From IMG/VR virus record IMGVR_UViG_3300028630_000295: a DNA stretch of 20,000 nt; one strand, 5' to 3'. A model generated the notes under the pieces. That model had not been told where the DNA came from, ran no database searches, and saw only the letters and a list, made by a program, of their open reading frames with translations. Shown piece after piece: positions 1-8,181 of this stretch. The translations under genes were made by a program, and so were the position numbers. The stretch is from an uncultured virus (IMG/VR IMGVR_UViG_3300028630_000295) (lineage: Duplodnaviria > Heunggongvirae > Uroviricota > Caudoviricetes). Positions within the stretch are counted from its first letter, which is position 1. Each line of letters starts with the position of its first letter.

Positions 1-508
1 TGAAAAGTTAACAGAACTTGATATCAATAGTGATATAACTTTTATTGACATTGCAAAAAGTAAATATTATGATTTCTCAAATGTTACAGATGAAAATCTT
101 TTAGTTCAAAAATCAGAAGCGGTTCAAAATGAACTTCAAAAGATTATTGATGCTAAATTGAATGTACATATGGCAAATGTACTTCTACCAAAAATGTATC
201 TATCATTACCTTCTAATATGGATTGTAAAATTGAAAAAAATATTCACAACTTAACAATAGATTCAGATGGAACAATAAGATTATGTCTAAGAGTAAGAGG
301 TGTAGATACACCAAATAAAATTAATATTGGAAATTTATTTGAGAAGAACTGGAACTTAAATCCAAATCTAAAACCGCAGTTAATTAAAGATAAATTACAT
401 TATTGTAGACTTTGTAATTGGAGTTGCCAGATTATGTCTCAGATTATTTCAGAAAATTCCAATATGTTGGGAAGTCTAGTTCATGAAAATAAAAGATCAA
501 AAAATTAG
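1..508 (+). CDS. 5'-truncated radical SAM protein, C-terminal SPASM/twitch-like Fe-S domain
   Basis: Frame is open from position 2 (EKLTELDINSDITFIDIAK...), upstream of the listed TTG at 158, so the gene starts before the window. The C-terminus has a SPASM-type pattern: C(KIEK)...LTIDSDGTIRLC...IGNLFE...CRLCNWSC. Confidence 0.7.
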   Translation, partial: EKLTELDINSDITFIDIAKSKYYDFSNVTDENLLVQKSEAVQNELQKIIDAKLNVHMANVLLPKMYLSLPSNMDCKIEKNIHNLTIDSDGTIRLCLRVRGVDTPNKINIGNLFEKNWNLNPNLKPQLIKDKLHYCRLCNWSCQIMSQIISENSNMLGSLVHENKRSKN

Positions 509-1247
509 GTGTATAATATGTGGTAAATATTTTAGAAATAAAAGAGGTATTGCAACACATGTTTTTAAACATTCTGACAGATGTTTAAAAGGGTATATAA
601 TACTATATGGATTTAATAGGTGGACTTGGCCAGAAGAAACATTTTTAAATTTGAAACAATGTAAAGAATGTAGAGCACCATTAAAAGATGTAAGATCTAA
701 AGAATTTTGTTCATTTTGTAGATCAAATAATCATAATGTTATGAAAAATCCGGATATAGTTAAGAAAAATGTTGAAACAAATAAACCCTTGCGAAATACC
801 AAAGAATATAAAAAAATGATATCCGATAGATCTATAAAAATGTATAAAGAAAATCCTCAGTTAAAAGAGAAGCAAAAGAAATATATGTTAAATGGTGGTG
901 CTCTAAAGGCAAGAAAGGGAATTAAAAGTCCATCTAAACCACAGATGAAATTATTTTCAATGGTTAAAGAAATTTTTAATGACTCTATAATTAGTTATGA
1001 TATATGTGGTACTATTGATAGTAAAAAATTTCAGTTTGAGGTAGATATTGCAATACCAAAATATAAACTTGTTATAGAGTATGATGAACCATATTGGCAT
1101 AAAGATAAAGATTGGGATGAAAAAAGACAAAAGAAAATAGAAGTTCTCGGATGGAAGTTTTTAAGATACTCAGAAATTCCATCCATAGAAAAACTCAAAA
1201 CTGATATTTCAGAAAATATAGAGGATCTGGAAGTATGTCAGAACTAA
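483..1247 (+). CDS. Free-standing putative homing endonuclease: C2H2 and CxxC zinc modules plus C-terminal Vsr/DUF559-like (PD-(D/E)XK, EDxHD-type) nuclease
   Basis: CIICGKYF...THVFKH zinc finger; CKEC...CSFC; basic linker; C-terminal EVDIAIPKYKLVIEYDEPYWH...DEKRQKKIEVLGWKFLRY, typical of Vsr/DUF559 nucleases. Overlaps both neighbouring genes. Confidence 0.75.
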   Translation: MKIKDQKIRCIICGKYFRNKRGIATHVFKHSDRCLKGYIILYGFNRWTWPEETFLNLKQCKECRAPLKDVRSKEFCSFCRSNNHNVMKNPDIVKKNVETNKPLRNTKEYKKMISDRSIKMYKENPQLKEKQKKYMLNGGALKARKGIKSPSKPQMKLFSMVKEIFNDSIISYDICGTIDSKKFQFEVDIAIPKYKLVIEYDEPYWHKDKDWDEKRQKKIEVLGWKFLRYSEIPSIEKLKTDISENIEDLEVCQN

Positions 1248-1546
1248 TAACATCAGCAATAGACTTCCTAAATAAAATCAAAGTTGAAAAAATGGTTGTT
1301 GTAAAGTTCAAGAAACTTGACGGAACTGAACGAACCATGAACTGTACATTGGACTTCTCAAAAATTCCAAGGGAGAAGCATCCGAAGGGTGTTGATTTAG
1401 CAAAAATTCTAAAACTAATTAATAATAATCACATTCTAAGAGTTTATGATTTAGAAAAACAAGACTGGAGAAGTGTTCCGTTTGATAGAGTTGATTATCT
1501 AGTAACACCTTCTAATAAAAAATCTTATAGAATTAAGCTGAAATAG
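1235..1546 (+). CDS. Phage SH3/Sm-like beta-barrel protein (WYL_2/DUF2693-like)
   Basis: Pattern VKFKKLDGTERTMNCTL...VYDLEKQDWRSVPFDRV matches this common large-phage family. Confidence 0.7.
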   Translation: MSELITSAIDFLNKIKVEKMVVVKFKKLDGTERTMNCTLDFSKIPREKHPKGVDLAKILKLINNNHILRVYDLEKQDWRSVPFDRVDYLVTPSNKKSYRIKLK

Positions 1547-1549
1547 GGG

Positions 1550-1888
1550 GTGTATATGGTAATATCTAAAAATATCATTGGAACAATTGATGTAGATACA
1601 AATTCAGGAACAATTTGGATTAATGCACCAAATTGTATTCTTAGAGTTCAGGGATTAGATTTTGGTAGACGAGGAATAAGAGAAAAGTTTTCAATGATAG
1701 ATATTAGTGGAAACAAAGCATCTATGATTGAAGGGGATCTTGTTCTGGATGATAAATCTTTAGTTAGATTTATTCTTGATTTATTTAATTCTTTGTCATA
1801 CAACGTTATGAACGGAAAGATAAAAGATAAGAATAAATTTCTAGATGATTTATGTAAAGAAATAAACAGAAGGATTGATGAGCAATGA
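1550..1888 (+). CDS. Hypothetical protein
   Basis: 112-aa ORF tightly packed between neighbours, with ATGA overlap into the next gene. The start may be ATG 1556 after AGGGGG. Confidence 0.6.
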   Translation: MYMVISKNIIGTIDVDTNSGTIWINAPNCILRVQGLDFGRRGIREKFSMIDISGNKASMIEGDLVLDDKSLVRFILDLFNSLSYNVMNGKIKDKNKFLDDLCKEINRRIDEQ

Positions 1889-2253
1889 CAATACTACAAA
1901 ACCTTCTAAATGAACTAAAAGGAGACTCAGAATCTAATATTGATGAGTCAGTGAAGAAAATTTGCGATACAATCTATGATGAAGAGAAAGGAAAATTTTT
2001 ATATCCTACAAAGATGCCAAAAGGTGCAAATGTTTTTCTGGCAATTGAATGTCAGGGAAGAGAACATGGAGAAGTTGGATATCTATGTTTAGAAAGAGAT
2101 GCTCCAGGTACTTTTTTCGCTGGGTATTGGGCTGGTAATGCTAGTGGAGTCAATTCTCTTAAAAGAGTAAAAACATGGGATATTAGAGAAATAGAAGTTG
2201 AAAAAATAATGTTAGAATATGCAAAAATACTCAAGTATCTAGTTAGGGAGTAA
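1885..2253 (+). CDS. Hypothetical protein
   Basis: 122-aa ORF with ATGA-coupled start. Its stop lies 5 nt before the next ATG. Confidence 0.65.
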   Translation: MTILQNLLNELKGDSESNIDESVKKICDTIYDEEKGKFLYPTKMPKGANVFLAIECQGREHGEVGYLCLERDAPGTFFAGYWAGNASGVNSLKRVKTWDIREIEVEKIMLEYAKILKYLVRE

Positions 2254-2258
2254 CTCAA

Positions 2259-4847
2259 ATGAGTGAAAAGAAAGAAAAAGAAATAGAGTTTACTGATAGT
2301 TTTCGTGAATTAATTATTTCTAAACGATTTGTATCATCAAATCAAACAGCCTGTGATGAAAAAGAAAAGATTTTTCTTCCCTATAAAAGAAAGAATCTTT
2401 TGAATCTAAATGATTTCTTTGAAAGATTAATGAAAATGGTATCTATTAAGGGTACTATTCTTCCAAGAAATTGTAGATACGTAGATTCAAGAGATAATGG
2501 TTATAAAATTTTAGTAATTGAGGATCCTCCTGCTGTTAGAAATATTTTAGTTGACATGGATTTTGAAAATACAAAGGAGAGATTTAAAATTACAGGAAAA
2601 GATCAGATTGTTGAAGTTAAAGATTTAATTGGTGAGAAGAGACCATATAGAATGAATCTTTCTTTCCCGTATGTAGTATATATACTTATGTTTAATCATG
2701 AGAATAGATTTAGTAGAATGAAAGTTTTTTATAGATTATCTCCAATGAGTTCTGCTCATGATTATCTTCTTCTAGCAAACTTGCCAAATATTGGTGGTAG
2801 TCAAACGGTTTGCTTAGGGGATTTGCATCAGCAGTATAGTAACTTATCTGATGGAGCAAATCTAGTTATAGATTCATTTTGGTTTAACTCATTTAATACT
2901 GATTATATTACTAACTATCAATCATACGCTAAAGAAGTTCCCGAGTTTAAAGATTTTGTTTCTTGGGCATACAACACAGTTGTTGATCCAATGTTTATCT
3001 TTAGTGTAAAGTATTTTAAAAATGATAGAACTGTTGAACAAGAATGCAACCAATTTTTTAAGGAGCACTCACCACAAGCAGAAACAAATAATAACACAAT
3101 TCACGATTTTTTAAACAGATTGCTTTCCCCATCCAAAGTTGTAGTAGATGGGAAATTATTAACTTCGAGAGCTGGAACTACTGAGTCATATTATTTTAAA
3201 GAGAAACCAGTATCAATTGGAGATATCATTAATTATGATAAAAGTGATTATTATATCAATGATATTATTATAGATTCAAATACAGGTTTTCCAGCTTATT
3301 TTAGTCTTGAAGATAAAGAAGGAAAATTAAAAACAATAGAAATTTCAAAAGTTAACCAATCTCAATTTGAGATTAAGTATCCTGTTATTGAATGTCTCCA
3401 GTTGGCTGATGGAAATGAAGTTAAAATTGGAGATGCTGTTGTATTGCAATATCCATTCAAAAAAGTAAGAACCATTGAAAAGATAAGAATGGGAAGAGAT
3501 GGTAATCCAGAAGTATTGTTAAAAGGTGATACTGATTATTACCTTTTAGATAAAATTGGTGCCACAAAACTAGGGGATATTATTCCTCAGTTAAGTGGAA
3601 TTAAACTTAACAAAGATGATGCATATATTCTGTATAGAAAGACAGACGATGTATTCAAATACTTTGCTAATGTAAAATATGATTCATATGAAATTTCTAC
3701 CGAAGGTTATATTATTTTAAAGTTTAATGAAACTAATATGCAAGCAGGTCAAAGTGCTAGAAAATGGAGAATCTATGATTCGTCTGTGGAGCATCATCAA
3801 GATGAATGGCAGTTGCATTTGAAGTCAGATGTTAAACTACTTGAAAACAGAACATTTAGGATTTTAAATAAGTTATATCAGAATAAGAATAAAGATATTT
3901 ATTTAGTTAAAGATGCTGTCATATTTGATGAAAGAAAATATGCAGGAGTAGTTCCAAGCTACAATCATGAAGAAGCAATTAATGACATTCTTACGGAAAA
4001 GGGAACCAGATTATTTATTCCATCTTATGATGTAGATATTGATTTTTCTGTTGGAGATACAGTTATTGTAGCGGATTGGGATAATTTATATTGTATGGTA
4101 ACCCCAAGAGTAATTCATGCATTTATTTATGAAAATCAGTGCTTATTTGTTCTTACCATTGATCCCGATACAGGAGCAATGAGAAAAGATAAATATATTG
4201 ATTTCAAAAATAATATTGTCTATGTTGGTTCCATTAGAAAAATTGATTTGAATGTTAAAAATCTCGAAAATGGAACTCTAATTGTAGCGCAAGAAGCATG
4301 GATTCAGAACTTCCCTAAGAAAGATGTAAATAAAATTGTAGGTGTAATTACTGATACTATTACTCATCCACCTCTTGTTCTTTGCTCAAATGGGTTAACT
4401 ATTTGGGCAGATGAATTAAATCAATTTAAATTGATTAAGAAAGGTGCAAGAGGATACAAGAGTCTGTTTGAAAAGATAGTTCCTGTTGTAAATCCAAAAG
4501 ATTTGAAAGATCAACTTGGGGATCTTTATATTCACACTGATTCTGGTAGTAAAGTTGATACTATTCTCTTCTCAAAAACAACACCTCAAGATTATGGTCA
4601 CAAAGCATATACATATCTGATAAGTACATCTTATATTCTTACCAGAAATGATTATAATGCTAGAAATTCTTTGAATCTTAATGCTACACCAGAAGCGTTT
4701 GAAAAATTTAAAGTTAAGAGATATGGAATTATAAGACCAAGATATTCTGAAAGAAGAAAAGCTGCAGAATCAATGATTAATGCTTATCCAAATCTTCTTG
4801 GTGGTCATATCAGTAGCATTAGACAATTTAGATTATACCAAAAGTGA
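2259..4847 (+). CDS. Large protein with N-terminal prokaryotic E2 family D (PRTRC protein B-like) ubiquitin-conjugating domain and long beta-rich C-terminal extension
   Basis: Residues ~65-225: LSFPYVVYILMF...MKVFY...LLLANLPNIGGSQTVCLG...DSFWFNSFNTD, resembling the Prok-E2_D signature (PN...VC.G...FW.S.F). Candidate catalytic Cys185 (codon 2811-2813). Directly upstream of JAB, E1 and Ubl genes. Confidence 0.75.
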   Translation: MSEKKEKEIEFTDSFRELIISKRFVSSNQTACDEKEKIFLPYKRKNLLNLNDFFERLMKMVSIKGTILPRNCRYVDSRDNGYKILVIEDPPAVRNILVDMDFENTKERFKITGKDQIVEVKDLIGEKRPYRMNLSFPYVVYILMFNHENRFSRMKVFYRLSPMSSAHDYLLLANLPNIGGSQTVCLGDLHQQYSNLSDGANLVIDSFWFNSFNTDYITNYQSYAKEVPEFKDFVSWAYNTVVDPMFIFSVKYFKNDRTVEQECNQFFKEHSPQAETNNNTIHDFLNRLLSPSKVVVDGKLLTSRAGTTESYYFKEKPVSIGDIINYDKSDYYINDIIIDSNTGFPAYFSLEDKEGKLKTIEISKVNQSQFEIKYPVIECLQLADGNEVKIGDAVVLQYPFKKVRTIEKIRMGRDGNPEVLLKGDTDYYLLDKIGATKLGDIIPQLSGIKLNKDDAYILYRKTDDVFKYFANVKYDSYEISTEGYIILKFNETNMQAGQSARKWRIYDSSVEHHQDEWQLHLKSDVKLLENRTFRILNKLYQNKNKDIYLVKDAVIFDERKYAGVVPSYNHEEAINDILTEKGTRLFIPSYDVDIDFSVGDTVIVADWDNLYCMVTPRVIHAFIYENQCLFVLTIDPDTGAMRKDKYIDFKNNIVYVGSIRKIDLNVKNLENGTLIVAQEAWIQNFPKKDVNKIVGVITDTITHPPLVLCSNGLTIWADELNQFKLIKKGARGYKSLFEKIVPVVNPKDLKDQLGDLYIHTDSGSKVDTILFSKTTPQDYGHKAYTYLISTSYILTRNDYNARNSLNLNATPEAFEKFKVKRYGIIRPRYSERRKAAESMINAYPNLLGGHISSIRQFRLYQK

Positions 4848-4855
4848 GGAAAATA

Positions 4856-6025
4856 ATGTTTAATGTATATATCTATAATGAAGGAGATGAACTTCCGAAA
4901 GATGATGTTTGTTATATTCTCACAAAAGACGGCATTCTTCTAAAAAAGAAGGTCGGATTGATGGAGAGTATTTCTAAGGTTGATAAAATTTCGATTCTTG
5001 GAGATTTAAAACCACATGCAAAACTCCACATTGAAAAGATACCTGGTCCTGTGTTTGCTAAGATTTATAGTTTCTTTAAGGAAGTATATAAAGAGTTTTA
5101 TTCGGAGTGTGTAGCTCTTTTATACTATAATCCAAAAACGAAGAAATATAAAACTTTCATTCCGAACCAGGAGGTTTCTGGAGCTAGTCTTGATTATGTT
5201 AAAGATAGAACATTCAAAGATCATGTGTTGATGTGTTCTATTCATAGTCATGCTAGCATGAGTGCTTTCCATTCAGGAACGGATAGTGATGATGAAAAGA
5301 GCTTTGATGGTCTTCATATAACTCTTGGGAAGATGAATCAAGATGTTATTGATATCTCAGCTTCTATTGTTGCAAATGGAACCAGATTTATGGTTGATCC
5401 TCTTGACTATGTTCATAATCTGGATCTTGTTGAATTCTCATATTATAATCCAAATCAGTTTAAACCAGCATTTGTGGTTGTTGATGGTGAAAAACAATAC
5501 ACTAAAGATGTAAAAACACATCTTGGTTATGTAATTAATGGTGTATCTGATAAGGATAAGGAATTTGATAAGAATTGGATGAGATTTGTCAAGAAGAAAA
5601 CATACTCATATACATATTCAAGATGGGTATGGGATAATGAGCAGAAAAAACTAATTGAAGTCAAAGAGGAGAGATCTGGTGGTGAAACAGTTGGATCTGT
5701 TCTGGAAGCTCAAAATCGTGCCCGTGGTGGTTATCCATATTATGGTGGTCATAGGGGACGAGAGGATTGGTGGACTGGTATAAACGAAAGACAAAGGTAT
5801 AGAAATGATGAACATACATCTCCAAGATATGAAAAATATAATCCATGTAAGGATTGTATTTTTAGAGATCATAAACTGAGACAAGATGAAGTTAGCAAAG
5901 CACTAGAACCAGTTGCTGATAACTATAAGAGTAAAACTCCTGATCCTACTTTTAAAGAAATGGTAAATACAGATCAAGAACTCATGGAACTTTATGATGA
6001 ATTTGGTCTGTATAGATACTGGTAA
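4856..6025 (+). CDS. JAB/MPN+ (JAMM) metallopeptidase, prokaryotic deubiquitinase-like (PRTRC protein A-like)
   Basis: SECVALLYY (catalytic Glu), P.QEVSGASLDY and SIHSHASMSAFHSGTDSDDE (HxH-x7-S-x2-D JAMM motif). ATG 4856 after GAGG preferred over GTG 4844. Confidence 0.9.
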   Translation: MFNVYIYNEGDELPKDDVCYILTKDGILLKKKVGLMESISKVDKISILGDLKPHAKLHIEKIPGPVFAKIYSFFKEVYKEFYSECVALLYYNPKTKKYKTFIPNQEVSGASLDYVKDRTFKDHVLMCSIHSHASMSAFHSGTDSDDEKSFDGLHITLGKMNQDVIDISASIVANGTRFMVDPLDYVHNLDLVEFSYYNPNQFKPAFVVVDGEKQYTKDVKTHLGYVINGVSDKDKEFDKNWMRFVKKKTYSYTYSRWVWDNEQKKLIEVKEERSGGETVGSVLEAQNRARGGYPYYGGHRGREDWWTGINERQRYRNDEHTSPRYEKYNPCKDCIFRDHKLRQDEVSKALEPVADNYKSKTPDPTFKEMVNTDQELMELYDEFGLYRYW

Positions 6026-6038
6026 AATGGAGGAATTA

Positions 6039-6722
6039 ATGGAAAGACTTGTAATTATTGGTCTTGGAGGTATTGGTTCAATTTTAAGTGATAAATTATC
6101 TAGATTTGTAAATTTCAAAAAAGATCAAGAAACTTGGATTACATTGATTGATGGTGATTATTTTGAGGAGAAGAATTTTGAAAGACAAGAATTCTTCAAC
6201 CTTGGAAATAAAGCATCAGTCAAGGCAGCGGAATTGAGTTCAAGGTATGAGAAGATTAAGTATGATAATGTTCCATACTTTGTTGATGAAAATCTTTTAC
6301 CAAGAGTGATGGGTGAGGGAGACACTGTTTTTCTCGCAGTTGATAATCATAAAACGAGAAAATTAGTCTCTGATTATGCTAAAAATTTAAAAGATATTAC
6401 TATTATCTCTGGTGGTAACGATCTTATTGATGGGAACGTGCAAATCTATGTACGAAAAGGAGGTGAAGATTTAACTCCCAGTCTTACTGATTACCACCCA
6501 GAAATTGAAAACCCAGCAGACAAATTACCAAATGAAATGAGTTGTGAAGAGTTACAAAACTCTGAACCCCAACTATTCTTTACAAATTTAGGGGTTGCTA
6601 CAATCATGTGTTGGTCCTATTACAATATTAAAAATAAAGACCTCACAAGTTCCGAAATTTATTTTGATATTAACAAAATGAGAGCACATTCTACTGCTAG
6701 AGAACCAAAAACTAAAAAGTAA
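6039..6722 (+). CDS. E1-like ThiF/MoeB-family adenylyltransferase (Ubl-activating enzyme)
   Basis: IIGLGGIG, LIDGD..EEKNFERQ, NKA, LAVDNHKTR and SCEE...QLFFTN with candidate catalytic Cys (codon 6543-6545). No CxxC zinc pairs. ATG 6039 follows GGAGG (6029-6033). Confidence 0.9.
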   Translation: MERLVIIGLGGIGSILSDKLSRFVNFKKDQETWITLIDGDYFEEKNFERQEFFNLGNKASVKAAELSSRYEKIKYDNVPYFVDENLLPRVMGEGDTVFLAVDNHKTRKLVSDYAKNLKDITIISGGNDLIDGNVQIYVRKGGEDLTPSLTDYHPEIENPADKLPNEMSCEELQNSEPQLFFTNLGVATIMCWSYYNIKNKDLTSSEIYFDINKMRAHSTAREPKTKK

Positions 6723-6732
6723 GGAGTTTGAA

Positions 6733-7182
6733 ATGAATAGAGCAGAACTAGAAGCAAAAACCGTAGATGAACTTCGTAGTATTTGTGTACGTTATGGTAT
6801 CGTTGGAATGAGCAAGAAGAGGAAGGACATCATTGTTGATGCTCTTCTAGCATATTATAAAAGTAGTGCAGGACCAGTTTCAAAGTCCGGTTCCCAGAAC
6901 CTCGATGAAATGAGGTCCGTTTTTCACAGTAAAGTTACGAATCCTGGTGCAGCAGCAGGAAACAAAACTTCTACCACAATCCTCGTATCCTGTGGTGCGG
7001 CGTATGGAAACTTTCCTGTGGTCGGGAAAACTGTGGGGTCCGTTGCCGAGTTTCTTCGGGAAGTCCTCAATGTTGACCGTATGTCACAAGGTGTCGTAAA
7101 CGGTAAGCAGGTTGAAGATTCTTACCGTCTGAAAGAAGGGGACAATCTTGAGTTCCTGAAACCTGCTGGCCGCAAAGGTTAA
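6733..7182 (+). CDS. Ubiquitin-like (beta-grasp) protein with N-terminal Rho-N/HeH-like helical domain, C-terminus ...PAGRKG
   Basis: N-terminal LEAKTVDELRSICVRYGIVGMSKKRKDIIVDALL (Rho-N-like). C-terminal GKTVGSVAEFLREVLNV...VVNGKQVEDSYRLKEGDNLEFLKPAGRKG (beta-grasp with free terminal Gly, GxKG end as in PRTRC protein C). Strong AAGGAG RBS. Confidence 0.88.
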   Translation: MNRAELEAKTVDELRSICVRYGIVGMSKKRKDIIVDALLAYYKSSAGPVSKSGSQNLDEMRSVFHSKVTNPGAAAGNKTSTTILVSCGAAYGNFPVVGKTVGSVAEFLREVLNVDRMSQGVVNGKQVEDSYRLKEGDNLEFLKPAGRKG

Positions 7183-7190
7183 AAAATGAA

Positions 7191-7223
7191 GCTCCCAGTC
7201 TTCATGGAAAGAGGACTGGGAGC
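7191..7223 (+). terminator. GC-rich stem-loop closing the Ubl operon (terminator or mRNA-stabilising hairpin)
   Basis: GCTCCCAGTC (7191-7200) is the perfect reverse complement of GACTGGGAGC (7214-7223), extendable by 3 pairs. It begins 8 nt after the Ubl stop. Only a weak T-tract follows. Confidence 0.65.
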
Positions 7224-7246
7224 CCATTTAATAAACTTATGGAGAA

Positions 7247-7738
7247 ATGATTATGGAAGATGGCAAGCAGATCAATCCTGAAAATCTATATCCCAAGTAT
7301 TATTATCAATCGGATGAAATCATTGGAAACGTGTATACAGCATGTATTCTAGTTGATAGATCTAACGGTGTAATTGTGTCAAGAGGTATAGCTGTAAGAT
7401 CTCTTCTTGACATGCATAAAAAAGCAACTGCCAGAAATATTGCTCATGGTAGAGCTATTAAAGCTATTGCCAATGTGAGTAGTTCTGATGAAATCAATGT
7501 TGATAGGCAGAGAGTTCCATCGTTTATTCTATTTAAGAAGAAAGATGGATTAACAGAAGAAGAAGCTCAGAAAATCAATGAGAGTTTCTTTATTCCAGAA
7601 GGATCCTCAAACATTTATGTTCCAAGGTTCTATCCACTTGAGGTAACTGCAAAAGAGTTTAAATTCAAATCAGAATTTATGCCTCAACCTACTGAGAAGG
7701 AAAAGATGATTGCTACAAAGTTACCTAAAGTAAAATAG
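7247..7738 (+). CDS. Phage protein, possibly Gp49/DUF1876-like dsRBD-fold
   Basis: TACILV...SRGIAVRSLLD.HKKATARNIAHGRAIKA resembles the G.A.....D.......IA..RA pattern of that family. GGAG upstream (start 7247 or 7253). Confidence 0.5.
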   Translation: MIMEDGKQINPENLYPKYYYQSDEIIGNVYTACILVDRSNGVIVSRGIAVRSLLDMHKKATARNIAHGRAIKAIANVSSSDEINVDRQRVPSFILFKKKDGLTEEEAQKINESFFIPEGSSNIYVPRFYPLEVTAKEFKFKSEFMPQPTEKEKMIATKLPKVK

Positions 7739-7743
7739 TATGA

Positions 7744-7857
7744 TTGGTGGGTGGGTGACCTGGGGAGGAACTTGATGCTAGATCCAAAAAAGGGTACAAT
7801 TTTGATCCTTTAAACCGACTAGTGTTCAAGGAGTAACCCACAGTAGCCCACCCCCAA
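7744..7857 (+). ncRNA. Unidentified structured RNA element (long interrupted hairpin), cis-leader or small RNA
   Basis: Nested complementarity: 7744-7756/7846-7857 (one bulge), TGGG 7761-64/CCCA 7837-40, CTTGA 7771-75/TCAAG 7826-30, TGCTAG 7776-81/CTAGTG 7819-24, AAAGGGT 7789-95/ATCCTTT 7805-11. Fills the only large intergenic gap and is far more GC-rich than its surroundings. Strand is assumed. Confidence 0.6.
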
Positions 7858-7874
7858 ACTTTTAAGGAGTTTGT

Positions 7875-8129
7875 ATGGCATATAACCAAGAAAAGGATAA
7901 ACTTTTAAAACTTTTTGAAATGGAATCCAATATTCCAGGAAACAGTCTTTTGGTTTCGATATTTTCATATGATAATGCAAAACCAAAGCTTCAAATTACA
8001 AGATCATATAAGAAAAAAGATGAAACATTAGGATATGCAGCTGCTGGAAGATTAACAATAGAAGAAGTAGAATTTCTGAAAAATAATATGGATGAAATTA
8101 TTTCAACAATGAAAGGTATAGGTAAGTGA
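7875..8129 (+). CDS. PC4/YdbC-like small ssDNA-binding protein or transcription cofactor
   Basis: LLVSIFSYDNAKPKLQITR...GRLTIEEVEFL matches the PC4-fold pattern (beta strands, then xLT.EE helix). TAAGGAG RBS. Confidence 0.6.
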   Translation: MAYNQEKDKLLKLFEMESNIPGNSLLVSIFSYDNAKPKLQITRSYKKKDETLGYAAAGRLTIEEVEFLKNNMDEIISTMKGIGK

Positions 8130-8181
8130 GATGCTTTCTCAACATTAGGGAACAAATAAATGTGGATTGGAGGGATGTGAT

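Noticed and set aside
6039..7182. ThiF/ThiS or MoeB/MoaD cofactor-biosynthesis genes
   Set aside because: No thiamine, molybdopterin or cysteine-synthesis genes are adjacent, the E1 lacks the zinc CxxC pairs, the Ubl ends KG not GG, and E2-like and JAB genes are in the same operon.
8130..8181. Possible element-specific promoter in the gap before the second E1 (AGGGAACAAATAAA)
   Set aside because: I saw it in only one intergenic region and found no convincing -35/-10 pair, so it cannot be supported from this window.
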